Source of the DNA: the human T2T-CHM13v2.0 reference genome, Homo sapiens
Assembly (NCBI RefSeq): GCF_009914755.1
Contig: NC_060930.1
Reading direction: 5' to 3' (one strand)
DNA length: 64,000 bases
The translations under genes were made by a program, and so were the position numbers. This document shows positions 1-12,745 of this stretch, one piece after another. The first letter of the stretch is position 1, and each line of letters begins with the position of its first letter. Below the pieces are notes generated by a model. That model worked only from the letters and a program-made list of their open reading frames with translations. It ran no database searches and was not told the DNA's origin.

Positions 1-299
1 CCGAGACTCACTCCGTCGCCCAGGCTGGAGTGCTGTGGAATGATCTTGGCTCACTGCAACCCCCACCCCTTGAGTTTGAGCAACTCTCATGCTTCAGCCT
101 CCCAAGTAGCTGGAAAGCTGGAATTACAGGTGGGCACCACCTCACCTGGCTAATTTTTGTATTTTTGTATTTTTAGCAGAAACAGGGTTTCACCATGTTG
201 GTCAAGCTAGTCTCCAACTCCGGACCTCCAACTCCAGACCTCGCCTGCCTCAGCCTCCCACAGTGCTGGAATTATAGGCATAAGCCACTGAGCCTGGCC
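1..299 (-). mobile_element. Alu SINE (tail cut by window edge)
   Basis: Antisense Alu consensus: gtcgcccaggctggagtg ... gctggaattataggcataagccactgagcctggcc. Confidence 0.95.
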
Positions 300-526
300 T
301 TAGTATCGCTCTTTCTGAAGAATGAAGTGTTTTCCAGCCTTTGCTATTGGACATTGGTTTCACTCTGCATACTTTATCAAAGATTACTAACCATAATTGT
401 CAAGATTATAACTGCAAATTCTTTTAGTACATTAGATGTTATTCTTGTAGACATACATCCTTGAATTTTTCAAAGTGCCTATTAAGTACTAGTTATTAAA
501 ATAATATTCTCTTCCCTCAAGCTATA

Positions 527-1397
<871 letters not shown>

Positions 1398-1576
1398 CGG
1401 TTTTCTTATCCTTTCTTTGTTTGCTTTCTTCTAAGATCGTATTCCTAAAAAATTTTTGTGATTATCATTTACTAAAAGATTGGAACCAATTATTTTAAAC
1501 TCTCTCACAGAGGGCTCCAGAAAGATGAGGCTTGCTGCAACATGCTCAGAAAGAACACTTTCATTTAAATTTTTTT

Positions 1577-1864
1577 GGCTGGTCCCAGTGGCTCACATCT
1601 GTAATCTCAGTGCTTTGGGAGACTGAGGAAGGATTGCTTGAGGTCAGGAGTTCAAGACAAACCTGGTCAACATAGCAAGACCCCGTTTCTACAAAAATAA
1701 AAATAGAAATTAGCTAGGTGTGGTGGCATGCACCTGTAGTCCCAGCTACTGGGGAGGCTGAGGTGGGAGGATTTATTGAGCCCAGGAGGGTGACGCTGCA
1801 GTGTTCATGTGATCACGCTACTGCACTCCAGCCTGGACAACAGGGTGAGACCCTGTCTCAAAAG
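1577..1864 (+). mobile_element. Alu (AluJ-like)
   Basis: ggctggtcccagtggctcac...ggattgcttgagg...gaccctgtctcaaaa. Confidence 0.92.
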
Positions 1865-1965
1865 AGTAATATTTAAAATAAAAAAATTAATTAATTACTA
1901 CTTGATGCTTTTATCAGTTTCATAAAGTCCATTCCTATGGAAGAAGCTTGCATATCACCTAGTAA

Positions 1966-2340
<375 letters not shown>

Positions 2341-4375
2341 TAAGTGAAAAACTCATCTTATGTCAAAGAAATAAAAAAGAGGCATAAAATGAAGATCCTT
2401 CCCTATTTTTATCAGAATGTCAAATCGTGAATTTTAGGAAGTAGTTCCAATATAATGCTAATTTCTCCCAAATGTCCCTTGTATTTATGAGACACTTCAG
2501 CTCTGATGCTATACATTGTATGTGTTTATTCATGCTTTAAAGGTTATATTTCTGCTCTACATCTTTCAAAGTCTTTATTTGCAAATTTTTTTCCTCACAG
2601 ATGTGTACTGGTCTACTGGTTGCATTTTGAAACCAAATTGTTTAGTATTCTCACCCTTCAAGATTTCTCCTTCTTAAAGCAATAATATGGAAAACATCCA
2701 CAATGATGAAAGTACCTGTCCTCCTGCATTAGTCATGGCAGAGGAGACACACACCTCTCACATTTTGAATGTGAAATGCCCATTGGTGTTGAAAACAATT
2801 GTTGCATGGCTGTTTGCATCATTTGCTTCAGCCCCTCATCTTCCTTTCCTTAACCTCTTTACCTCCAAGAGATAGGAATTTCAAAACTGTCCCCTTAGCC
2901 ACTTCATACCCCCGTAGTTAAACAGAAAAGCTTAAGGGGATCAGGACATCTAAAATCTATAATGAAATTACTATTGCTCCTCAAAAGTCCCAGGGAAAGG
3001 GTGAGTTTTCACAGTTACAGTTATTTTTATTCTCACAAGTGATTTCAACTCAGTATCTTTTACAAATTTACAAATGTACCATCACCTAAATATTATGATT
3101 AAAGTAAGAAATGCTCTTTCCTGTTTAGTGCTTGCCTCAATCTCGATAATTATGAAGAGTCAGTCTAAAGATAACCCCACCCACATTTCATTTTTTAAAA
3201 ACACTCCTGTGCAAACATTAGTCCCACCTATTTTGTTTCCTCATACCAAGTCACTGAAACCTATATGGTATCAAAGCCCTAGAAATCTGAAGGCAGGTGC
3301 TTAAATTGTAGTTTCAGACATTCAACAGTATTTTGTTTCCAAATTGATGATAAAAACACCTACTGAATCTTCCCCAAAAATATAATCATGAGAAAGCTTA
3401 AGACAGAAACATGGTAGGAAAATTAGGAGCCAGACTGCAACAGTAAAAAATGGAGCTGTCATGTTTTATCATTTTTTAACTTATCAAGATCTGTTATATG
3501 GATGTCGTGTCTTATTATTCAACTCAGCAGACAATAATGCTTCTGATGGGTAAGAGGTGGGGCAATATCTGAGGATGCTGAAGTAAGACAGTTTTTCCTT
3601 CCTCTCTTCTTTCCTTTGCCTACTTATAAATCCAGGACTATAAAAAATAACCCTGGACATACTCAATGATCCAAAAATACTGTCTTCTTAACTTCAGAAG
3701 GAAAGAAGTAAGACAGCATCATGAGACTGTGGGCAAAGCGTTGAGTACACAGTCTGAAGACCTATATTGGGTTTCCCACCTCCACTTTCTAACCAGGAGT
3801 TTATTGCAAATCCCTGGTTTTTAGAAGCCTCCACTTTCCTGACCCCCCGCTAAGTGTTTTGAGACAATGATGATAAGTTAAATTGTTTATGAAGCAATAG
3901 TACCACATATATTTACCCACAGATACTATTTTAATAAATTTTCACAATCATTTCCATTTTGTAGTTCAGTGCACTGAACCTCAGGCTATTAAATAGCCTG
4001 CCCCACCGCCTAGAATGAGAAAGGCCAGGGTGCAAACTTGGCACAATAATTCTAATTCTTGACTTTTCTAATTTTATTATTTTTGTGCGTTGGGTAGATG
4101 GAAAGGGGAAACCCAGGGAGACTGTGTAATGGAAAAAGAAAAGGTGGTACAGTGGGCATCTGCAAAGGAAGATAGTTCATGGAGTGTTAACCCACAGGTG
4201 CAAAGGTGAGGGCTAGTGGAAGGAAGGAAGTCAAATAAATTTAGATAATTCATAATTAGATTTTTAGAAGAAAGATGAAAGAAGACATGAAAGTGCTCCT
4301 AGTTGACCTTGATTTAATAATGATATTTTTCTGTACATTTTTTAAAAAACAGTCCTGAACATACTTCGAAAATCA

Positions 4376-4387
4376 CCAGCAGAGGGC
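4376..4387 (+). promoter_or_regulatory. Candidate CTCF site
   Basis: CCAGCAGAGGGC matches the CTCF core CCASYAGRKGGC. Confidence 0.5.
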
Positions 4388-5021
4388 TTCATGCTGGGTG
4401 CATTTGCTTTTAATTATAGACTCCGACATTTACTGAATAATATTCCCTCTATATGAGGCTGAAAAAAAAAGAGGGTATGAATAATTCTTTTCTTTGCTGT
4501 TTTAAACTGAAATAAATGCAAATGAAAGAGGAAAGTACGAGTGTTAACTATCTGGGATGTCTCAAGTGCGGTTCCACCTAGGAGAGCATGTGCGTAACCT
4601 GAAAAAGAAATATGGACATAAGGCAAGATAAAATAACGAGGAAAATGCATATTTTACTCGTTTAATTTCCTTCAAATCCAGAGTTTGTTTTGCCTTTGTG
4701 TTTCCATTTACTGAGTTCTTGCGGGAATAGTTTCCCTACGTCATGTGATTGAGTGATAACGCGAAAGGTAATAGAAAGTAAAAGCAAGAGAGGTAGGTTC
4801 AAGTTAGGAAAAATTTTCTCCGTAGCGGCTGAGCTTTTATTGTGCGTTTCTTCGGGCGTTTGAACTTTTTAGATGCTGGAACGATCGTTTCTAAAATTAG
4901 TAAATATCATAAGAAGTGAACTTTAAAAATGTTCCTCTCAATACCAGGTTTTCAAGAACGGAAAGAAACCTTTGCCGAAAAAGAAATCAAGGAGACTTGC
5001 AGGGTTTGCGTCTATAAAATT

Positions 5022-5037
5022 CCGACAGAGGGCGCTG
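5022..5037 (+). promoter_or_regulatory. Candidate CTCF site
   Basis: CCGACAGAGGGCGCTG is a close match to the CTCF core, in locally CpG-retaining sequence. Confidence 0.6.
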
Positions 5038-7369
5038 TTGCCCGTTCAATGACAGGGAACGGTCCGTGGGAACGGTTTACCTTGCAATGTCTAGGACTTT
5101 TCGAATAACGCCCACGTTAAAAAAAATAACTAGGATTTTAATTATGGTTATGTATTTTGAAGGTATTTCTCTATATATATGTGTATATTTTTAGGTTTAT
5201 GCTTCATTCTTAATAAAACCAGATTTGTTATTTTTCAGGTTTCCTAAAGAACTTAAATTTTAACCAAATATCTCAAGATATTTCCACTTTAAAAAATACC
5301 TAATACTAGCATAAAATAAAATTACACATAAAAAGTTTGAAATTATTCATATATAAGGCTATAAAATAGTTATACTAACACAATACCTTATATTATTTTA
5401 ATTTATGTGTAAAATTATCTCTTGCAGGTTTTGTTTTGTTAAATCTCAGAGTTTATTTATTTTAGACTAGGCAATAATATACCAAAAAGATATTAAAAGG
5501 TGTTAAAAGCATTTAGAGAAAAAAAGTGAGATTTTTCCAAATGCATTTTATTTGGGTTGTAATGATCTTTAGGTAATAACAATGACAGAATTATTGATTT
5601 GAAAGGGAGAAAACAATTATTTCCATTAATTAAATGTCTTGTGCCTGGAGAATCTGAACTTCCAAGTCTATAATATTTATCTTTCAGATTATTGATCTGG
5701 CACTGATTTTAGTTCTAGAAGTCAGGGGGTGTGGAACCCGTTTCAAGTCCCACCACACAATAAGATTAAGAAAAATCCCTTCTCATCTCCTAACTAGCTC
5801 TGGAAGCAAAGAAGAAAATCTTTGCTGATGCTCCTAGTGAAAAATCTGTATAGATTGTGTATGATTTAAGGTTAACATTTAAAGGGGAAGAAAGGAATGG
5901 AGAGAGAAAGGAAGGAACGAAAAGGGAAATGAAGGAAAGAAAAAAGGAAAACAAAAAGGAGGAAGAGGAGAAAAGGAAAGACGAAACATAAAAAATTCAA
6001 CCGGAAATAAGGGGTTTATTTCTGAAGTTCCTTCTGAAGCACCTTCTTTGTGTTCTTTTCCTTTGACTTATCTTTAAAAATTAAATTAAAAATCTGCAGA
6101 ATTGTTTATTCTGCAGTTCATGAAGCTTCTCCTTGGTTTTGATTGAATCGACGTCCAACAAGGTTGTCCGGAGCCCTGTACTCAAACAGCGTCCATCCCT
6201 GTTCGCGCAGAGCTGCACACAGCAGTCCTGGATTTAAAGACAATCACCCTTTGCAGATTCACTCTCACCAGGCTTAATAACTTCCACCCCAAATTGCCCC
6301 ATCCCTCCTCGGTCCCTCCTGGCATTTCTTTTCTGTCCCAGGCGCAGAGATCCTCTTCTGGGCGTCTGTTCCGGCTATGAGAAGCTCTCCGCACCCTGAA
6401 AGGGAGTAGAAAAACAGAGGGGATGGGAAAGGGGGAACAGGGGAACAGATGAGTATTCATTTCATGATAAAATTCAGAATCCCTGCGCCTTAAATGGTGC
6501 CCATTTTCTAAGTCTGGTTAATATTGTTCTTGTTGCTGATGATGTTTTCCTTTTTAAAAACTATATGAATCATCTTATTAAGAAAAATTATACAAAAAAA
6601 AGAAGAAACTCCACATGCACTAAAATATTTTTCACTATCTCTTTGAAGACATTCTGCTTAAACCTTTTCAAAGATTCGGGTGGCCCTTTCTTGACTCTCC
6701 ATGATTAAAACCACTTACAAGTCATACACAACAGATGCAAATATAAAATGTCCTTGGCCTCTGCAAAAAAGGCTCAAAATTAACCTTGTCTGAACGTGTG
6801 CGTACGTTGCTTCCAACATCTGAAAAAAACTTGATAAAATGGAGACTCCAGCCAAGAGGAATGGTGCATGGAATCCGTTGAAAATGCATACAAACAACAC
6901 CTAAAATAACAAGCAGCACAAACTGAGGTGTATTTAAGTTTCCAAAGGTTTTAGGTAAAATGACCAGAAAATATTAGAAATGGTCATCAACGGTGGCTAG
7001 CTTTTTTGTTCTATGGTGACAGAGATAAAGTTAAAAAAAAAAAAGTTGTGTAGCCATCAACACAGAGATAGTCCTTAAAATCCCCCATATCCAGCCTTTC
7101 AAAATACTCTCTTCCGGAACATACATGAATAGGAGGGAGCTTTTGTGTTTAAAAATCTTGGTAAGTGTCCCCCTTTAAAATCTACATAGAAAATAGGGGA
7201 CTGATGGCCCCTGGTTTCTCATTATGAATTGCAAAGACTTCAGTTAGTGGCTACAATGATGTGTCATTTTCGATATAGAAGTTATAAAATGTATATATTA
7301 TATTAATCACCCTGAACAACTCTTTGTTAAATGCACATTTGGAGTCTGCAGACTGTGTGACCCAGAGGT

Positions 7370-7642
7370 GCTTATATAACTATATGTGGGTGTCTGGGTG
7401 TAAATACGGGTTTATGATTTTTATAGTATATATGTCTGTGGGTTGCATCTAACTCCTGTGTGTGCAATAATGTTTTTTCTCTTTGCTGAGGCTTACTTGT
7501 CCAGCCTATTGTTTGAGACAACAGATATAAGTTGCGATGGGAGAGGAGCGTCGGATTTGGTGTGTATCCCCCATTTCCAATTATAGATGGATCATTACAG
7601 ACAGCGGAGTCCTGAGAAGCCAGACATCTGCTCCTCACATGA
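7370..7642 (+). promoter_or_regulatory. TFAP2B: TFAP2B proximal promoter / 5' UTR region
   Basis: Directly upstream of the exon 1 ATG; TATA-like TTATATAA (7372) and GATATAAG (7524); the exact TSS cannot be read from sequence. Confidence 0.6.
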
Positions 7643-7723
7643 ATGCACTCACCTCCTAGAGACCAGGCTGCCATCATGCTCTGGAAGCTTGTGGAGAATG
7701 TCAAGTACGAAGATATCTATGAG
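7643..7723 (+). CDS. TFAP2B: AP-2 beta coding exon 1 ([27 protein letters not shown]), includes the psi-K-x-E SUMO motif VKYE
   Basis: AP-2 family N-terminus MLWKL..N.KYED; donor GAG|gtgagt; 81 nt, phase 0. Confidence 0.98.
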
Positions 7724-8299
7724 GTGAGTCGACACCCCCAGATGCACCTTAGAGCTTTGCAGATAGAGAATTTGAGCTTCTTGATACCCCAAATGATATA
7801 TATTTTTAAGCTATTTACTCGTAGATTTCCGGTCGGTTTTCTCAGCTTTTTTTAACTTTTAGAAAAGCTGGCTAGGGAAGACTTCGCTGCTCTGAAAAGG
7901 GACTTTAAGGCTGAAATCTGACAACTTTAATTTAGGAATGTTTTTATTTATTTTATTTTTCTTTCCCTTTTCCTCGCCTCCCCCCACCCCACCCCACCCT
8001 TTTAAGCTCTGATGGGGAATGTGGTGCTACTGAATGTGGGCACGCTCTCAGAGAAAATCGAGATTCTGATAAAGTCAGGGGCTTTTCTCGTTTTAAGTGT
8101 GGAAGAGAATTGGGTTTTCAAGCCTCATTTGTAACAGACTCGGGCTTTTAATTTTTATTTTCAATAAAATTTCTGAAATTGATAACAAATGGTTCCAAGT
8201 AGAGGACAGAGAATTAGCGGGAAAGAAGTAGATGGCTGGAGATATGGATGGATAGAGCAAAATAGAAGTCGTAGCAGTTTATTAGTTTCTGTTTTCTTG

Positions 8300-9400
8300 T
8301 GTTTTGCTTCCTTGAGGGTCACTGCGTCCGAACAGAAATCGCAGCCGCCTCCTGTGTGGGCATCTTTCACGGAAATTTCTGCCCACGTTCAATGCGTACG
8401 GGTCTCTAGCACTGAGGCTAGCTCAACTCTTCGGGGCAGGAGAAGTTGCGCCCAGCCAGGAGGACGCCAGCCGCCTCCGGGGCCCGGACCGCGCTCGCCA
8501 AAGCCCTTTTCCGGCTCGGGCGAGGGCTGACGCGGCCAGACGGCTCCGCTACTCGCGGGCGAGGCGGACTAGGCGGACGAGGCGGCCGAGGCGGGCGAGG
8601 TGGGAGAGGCGGGCGAGGTGGGAGAGGCGGCCGAGGCGGGCGAGGCGCGGGGCGCGCGGCGGGCCAGGCTGGGGACCGGGAAGCCCGCGGAGCCTCGCTT
8701 TTAAGCGGAATGGTCTGGGACAGCCCCAGGTGGTTGCCAGGGGAAGGGAGGAAGGGAAGGTTCTGCTGAGACGTCGAGGTTGGAAATAAAAACTTCGGAA
8801 AGGCGAAGCGGATTTAGAAAAGGAGGGAAGTCGAGGCGGGCGAAGCGGGCCATGGAGATTGCTAAGAGGAAAAGTTGGAGAGAAAAGGAAGGAAGAGAAG
8901 CAGACTCCCGGGTGGCGGGCGCGGGCCGCTAGGTCAGACGAAAGGTGGAGGGATGCAGAGGCTCCCCAAAGAGCCGAGAAAGACACGCGACCCCTCCGGA
9001 TCGGGACAGCTCCTGAAAGCCCGGCGCAGAGCCGCCTCGAAGATCCTAAGAGTGGGCGACTCACAGGCGCGGCCGGCAAGCTCCTGGGGGACTCGGGCTC
9101 GGACGAGCGCCCACAGGCAGCGCCTGGCGCCCACACCTCCTGCCCCCCCCCGAATCCTAATGTTGGGGTGTGTGTATGTGTGGAGGTATGTAGGAGAGAG
9201 GAGGAGGAGATAAGAGAGGAGAGGGAGAAAAGCAGGAGAGAGCGCGAGAGAGCAGAGAGGAGAGAGATTGGTCTTGTTGCTGAATGATGCTTGGGGTTTT
9301 CCTTTTCTCTTTGTGGTTGTGTATCGACTGTAACGAAGAGCCGCGCCTACGCGCCTGGTGGGGATTGTTTCGGTTCGGCCTCCTTTTCTTTCCTTAACAG
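8300..9400. promoter_or_regulatory. CpG island, intron 1
   Basis: High GC content with dense CpG. Confidence 0.85.
8561..8650 (+). repeat. 9-bp GC-rich VNTR, consensus GAGGCGGGC, about 10 units
   Basis: Units: gaggcggac, taggcggac, gaggcggcc, gaggcgggc, gaggtggga, gaggcgggc, gaggtggga, gaggcggcc, gaggcgggc, gaggcgcgg. Confidence 0.92.
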
Positions 9401-9592
9401 GCGGGATAATGGTAAAGTCCAAGGCGCTAGAACTGTCCTAAAGAATATTAGCGCCCAAAGTGGGCATGACATTAGCAAGCACGGGGCCATGGTGAAAACA
9501 GCTCAAGCTATATGCATGCAGAGGCATTTCAGTGGGTTCTAAAAAGTAACCAGGGTAACATTCGTTCTTTACAGAAAGTAAAGTAGCTAAAT

Positions 9593-9728
9593 GGAAAAGG
9601 AAGGAGGGAGAGAAGAAAGGAGGGAGGGAGAGAGGAAGAGGGAGGGGTGGAGTGGAAGGGAGGGAAGAGAGAAGAGAAAAGAGGGGAGGGAGAGAGAGAA
9701 AGAGAAATAAACAGGGAGAGAGAGGGAA
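9593..9728 (+). repeat. Polypurine (GA-rich) low-complexity tract
   Basis: ~135 nt almost entirely G/A. Confidence 0.85.
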
Positions 9729-10884
9729 TATTACAGGTGGTCCTATCTGCCTAAATTTTCTGCTCAAAAAACAGAATCCGCAGCTCGGTGGAAGGAGCCT
9801 ATTTAAGTCTGGACTAAGGTTGAACTTTAACAGAAATGGCAGTCAGGCCAGTTGAACGGGTTCCTGAAACATCCAAAAAGGTTTTCTGTTGCCCCTGGCT
9901 TTGCCTGGAAAGGATAAGTTTAGTGTATTTGAAGATTGATGGCGTATGTTTTAAATTGAGGTAAAAATCGCAAACTATGTGAGCACTAAACAGGAAAAGG
10001 CTGCACAGGAATGAAAAGCCTCCATCTCGCTTCTGTCCTTTAACAAATGAGCATAATCTTCCACATTTAGCAAAAGTCTGCAAAAGTCACTGTAAATAAC
10101 CAGGCCCACCAATTTGCCTTTCTCTCGCCTCCAAATGATGAAGCAACCCTTTTTATTTTGTTTTTGTAATCCTCACACAAAGCACCCAAGGCGACCAAGT
10201 CCTCCGGATTAGGGAAGTCTCTCTCCAGGTAGGAGGACACCTCCATTCTATACAACCTCCCAGCACTGTTCTCCCTCACTGCCTTATCCAAAGGAGCAGG
10301 GGCTGCTTTACTCGTGTCCCCGGCACAGTTAATTGAAGTTCTGCCTCTTTCCTGCTAAACTTTTTCCCCAGTCTGCCTTTGCCAGCCCCCTCGTCTGATT
10401 ACATCTAGTAATTCTCCACTGAATGAACGTCATTTACAATAGTAGGGGAGCTCTGCGCTCGCTGCTGCTTCACGCTCCATTTGTCCTCTATTCTCCCTTT
10501 AAAGTACTCGTGTAATATTAATAGTCATGAATATCAATTATTATGAGGCGGTGTAGGCAAGCGGAGGGAGGAAGGGGCGGCCGAGCAGTCTGAGCCCAGC
10601 TTCGGGTGAAAGAGGACTGCATCTGGAGCCCCGAAGAACGGCAGAAGAAAAGAGGCCAAAAAGACAGCAAAGAGACAGATGAATAGTTCTGTCTGTGTGT
10701 GACAGGCATCGCCAATCTTGTTGGGGTGGGGGGCGGGTGTAATTTTTTTTTTTTTTTTTTGATGGCTTGTCCTGGAAACACATCAAGCTCAGCTCCTGTG
10801 TCCAGCTCGCTTCTCTGCTGGACTCCTTGATTTTTTTTTTAATCATTGTTTGATTTTGAGCAGTAACCAGGCTTTTTTTTCCAG

Positions 10885-10911
10885 ATGTTAGTCCACACCT
10901 ATTCATCCATG
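10885..10911 (+). CDS. TFAP2B: Alternative 27-nt coding exon (MLVHTYSSM): alternative first exon and/or in-frame cassette microexon
   Basis: gcttttttttccag|ATG TTA GTC CAC ACC TAT TCA TCC ATG|gtgagt; phase 0 at both ends; resembles the MLVHSFSAM alternative N-terminus of the paralog TFAP2A. Confidence 0.88.
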
Positions 10912-11896
10912 GTGAGTTTGGATTCACGTGTTACCAGAATTGCATGCTCCCTCCTCTCACTGTCTCTCTGTCTCTGCGTCTCTGTGTGTGTGTGTGTCTC
11001 ACACTCTCTGTCTCTCTCTGTCTTCCTTTGAGCGCCTTTGGCTTGGTAATTTAGCACCATAATTGGACGAGGCTGCAGCTGCTTCTCTCTGCATTGTGTG
11101 TTCTCCGTCTGAGCTCCATGAGTCAGCTGGGAGGGGAGAGGCCGAAAAGAAAAACTTTTTATTTGCCATTGCTGTTTGGAAATTTAGGTGACTATTTCTG
11201 CAAAAAGAACCATGGGGAGTTTACCATGATGTTTCCAGAGAAGAGAGGGAGAAACAAAGTCCACCTCCCTCATATACACACCTCCCCCTTCTTCTTTCAC
11301 TTAGTTCACACTCCAGATAGGACCAGGAATAAGTTGTCTGGGCTTTTATTTCCCCCCACCCCAACTTTAGTTCCTTCATTTTCACATCCTGAGTATAACA
11401 GCATTAGATATAGAAAAACAGTCTTAGAAATAACTCCTATGAACCACAACTCAACTTAATTCATCATTGGCTTAGGATATGATTTCGAATGAGATCCATT
11501 TCAATGAAACACTATTTAAGTTATTTAATTTCTCCTGGAGAGGGAGGAGTGACTGGGAACTCAGACCAGGTGGATTCCTTGGAGCTCTTGGAATGATCAG
11601 GTTGTGTGGAAAGCTCCTCCTAATCAGCCAGCTGCATTTCCAGCGAAGGCAGAAGTTGGTTTTTAATCAGGGGGAGCAGCACAGCAAATACTATGAAGTT
11701 TTATTTGTTGTGATTTGTACCTCTGGAAGAGTTAGAAAAAAGTAGTTAAAAACACCCAGAGGAGCAAACACCATATGTAAGACTCCTACAATTTTAATTA
11801 AGGCATTTAGAATCTCCCTCCATACACACTGTTCCTGTACCCCTGCCTTTTGCCTGCTTTGCACTCCCCAAAAAGCGGCTAAAATGTTATAGTTAA

Positions 11897-12745
<849 letters not shown>

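Noticed and set aside
6094-6116. Inverted repeat CTGCAGAAT-tgttt-ATTCTGCAG (and TGGAGTTCT-tt-AGAACTCCA at 61951-61970)
   Set aside because: 9-bp arms are expected occasionally by chance in 64 kb; no supporting context.
9466-9495. Mini-ORF MTLASTGPW* resembling the TFAP2A alternative N-terminus MSILAKMGDWQ (LA..G.W)
   Set aside because: Ends in a stop, has no phase-0 consensus donor, and the match is too short. As I recall, the TFAP2A exon lies upstream of the main first exon rather than in intron 1.
8189-9767. Cluster of 100-195 aa ORFs, including the (GGR)n peptide
   Set aside because: Stop-poor CpG-island, VNTR and purine-tract sequence; low complexity, no domain similarity, several with non-ATG starts.
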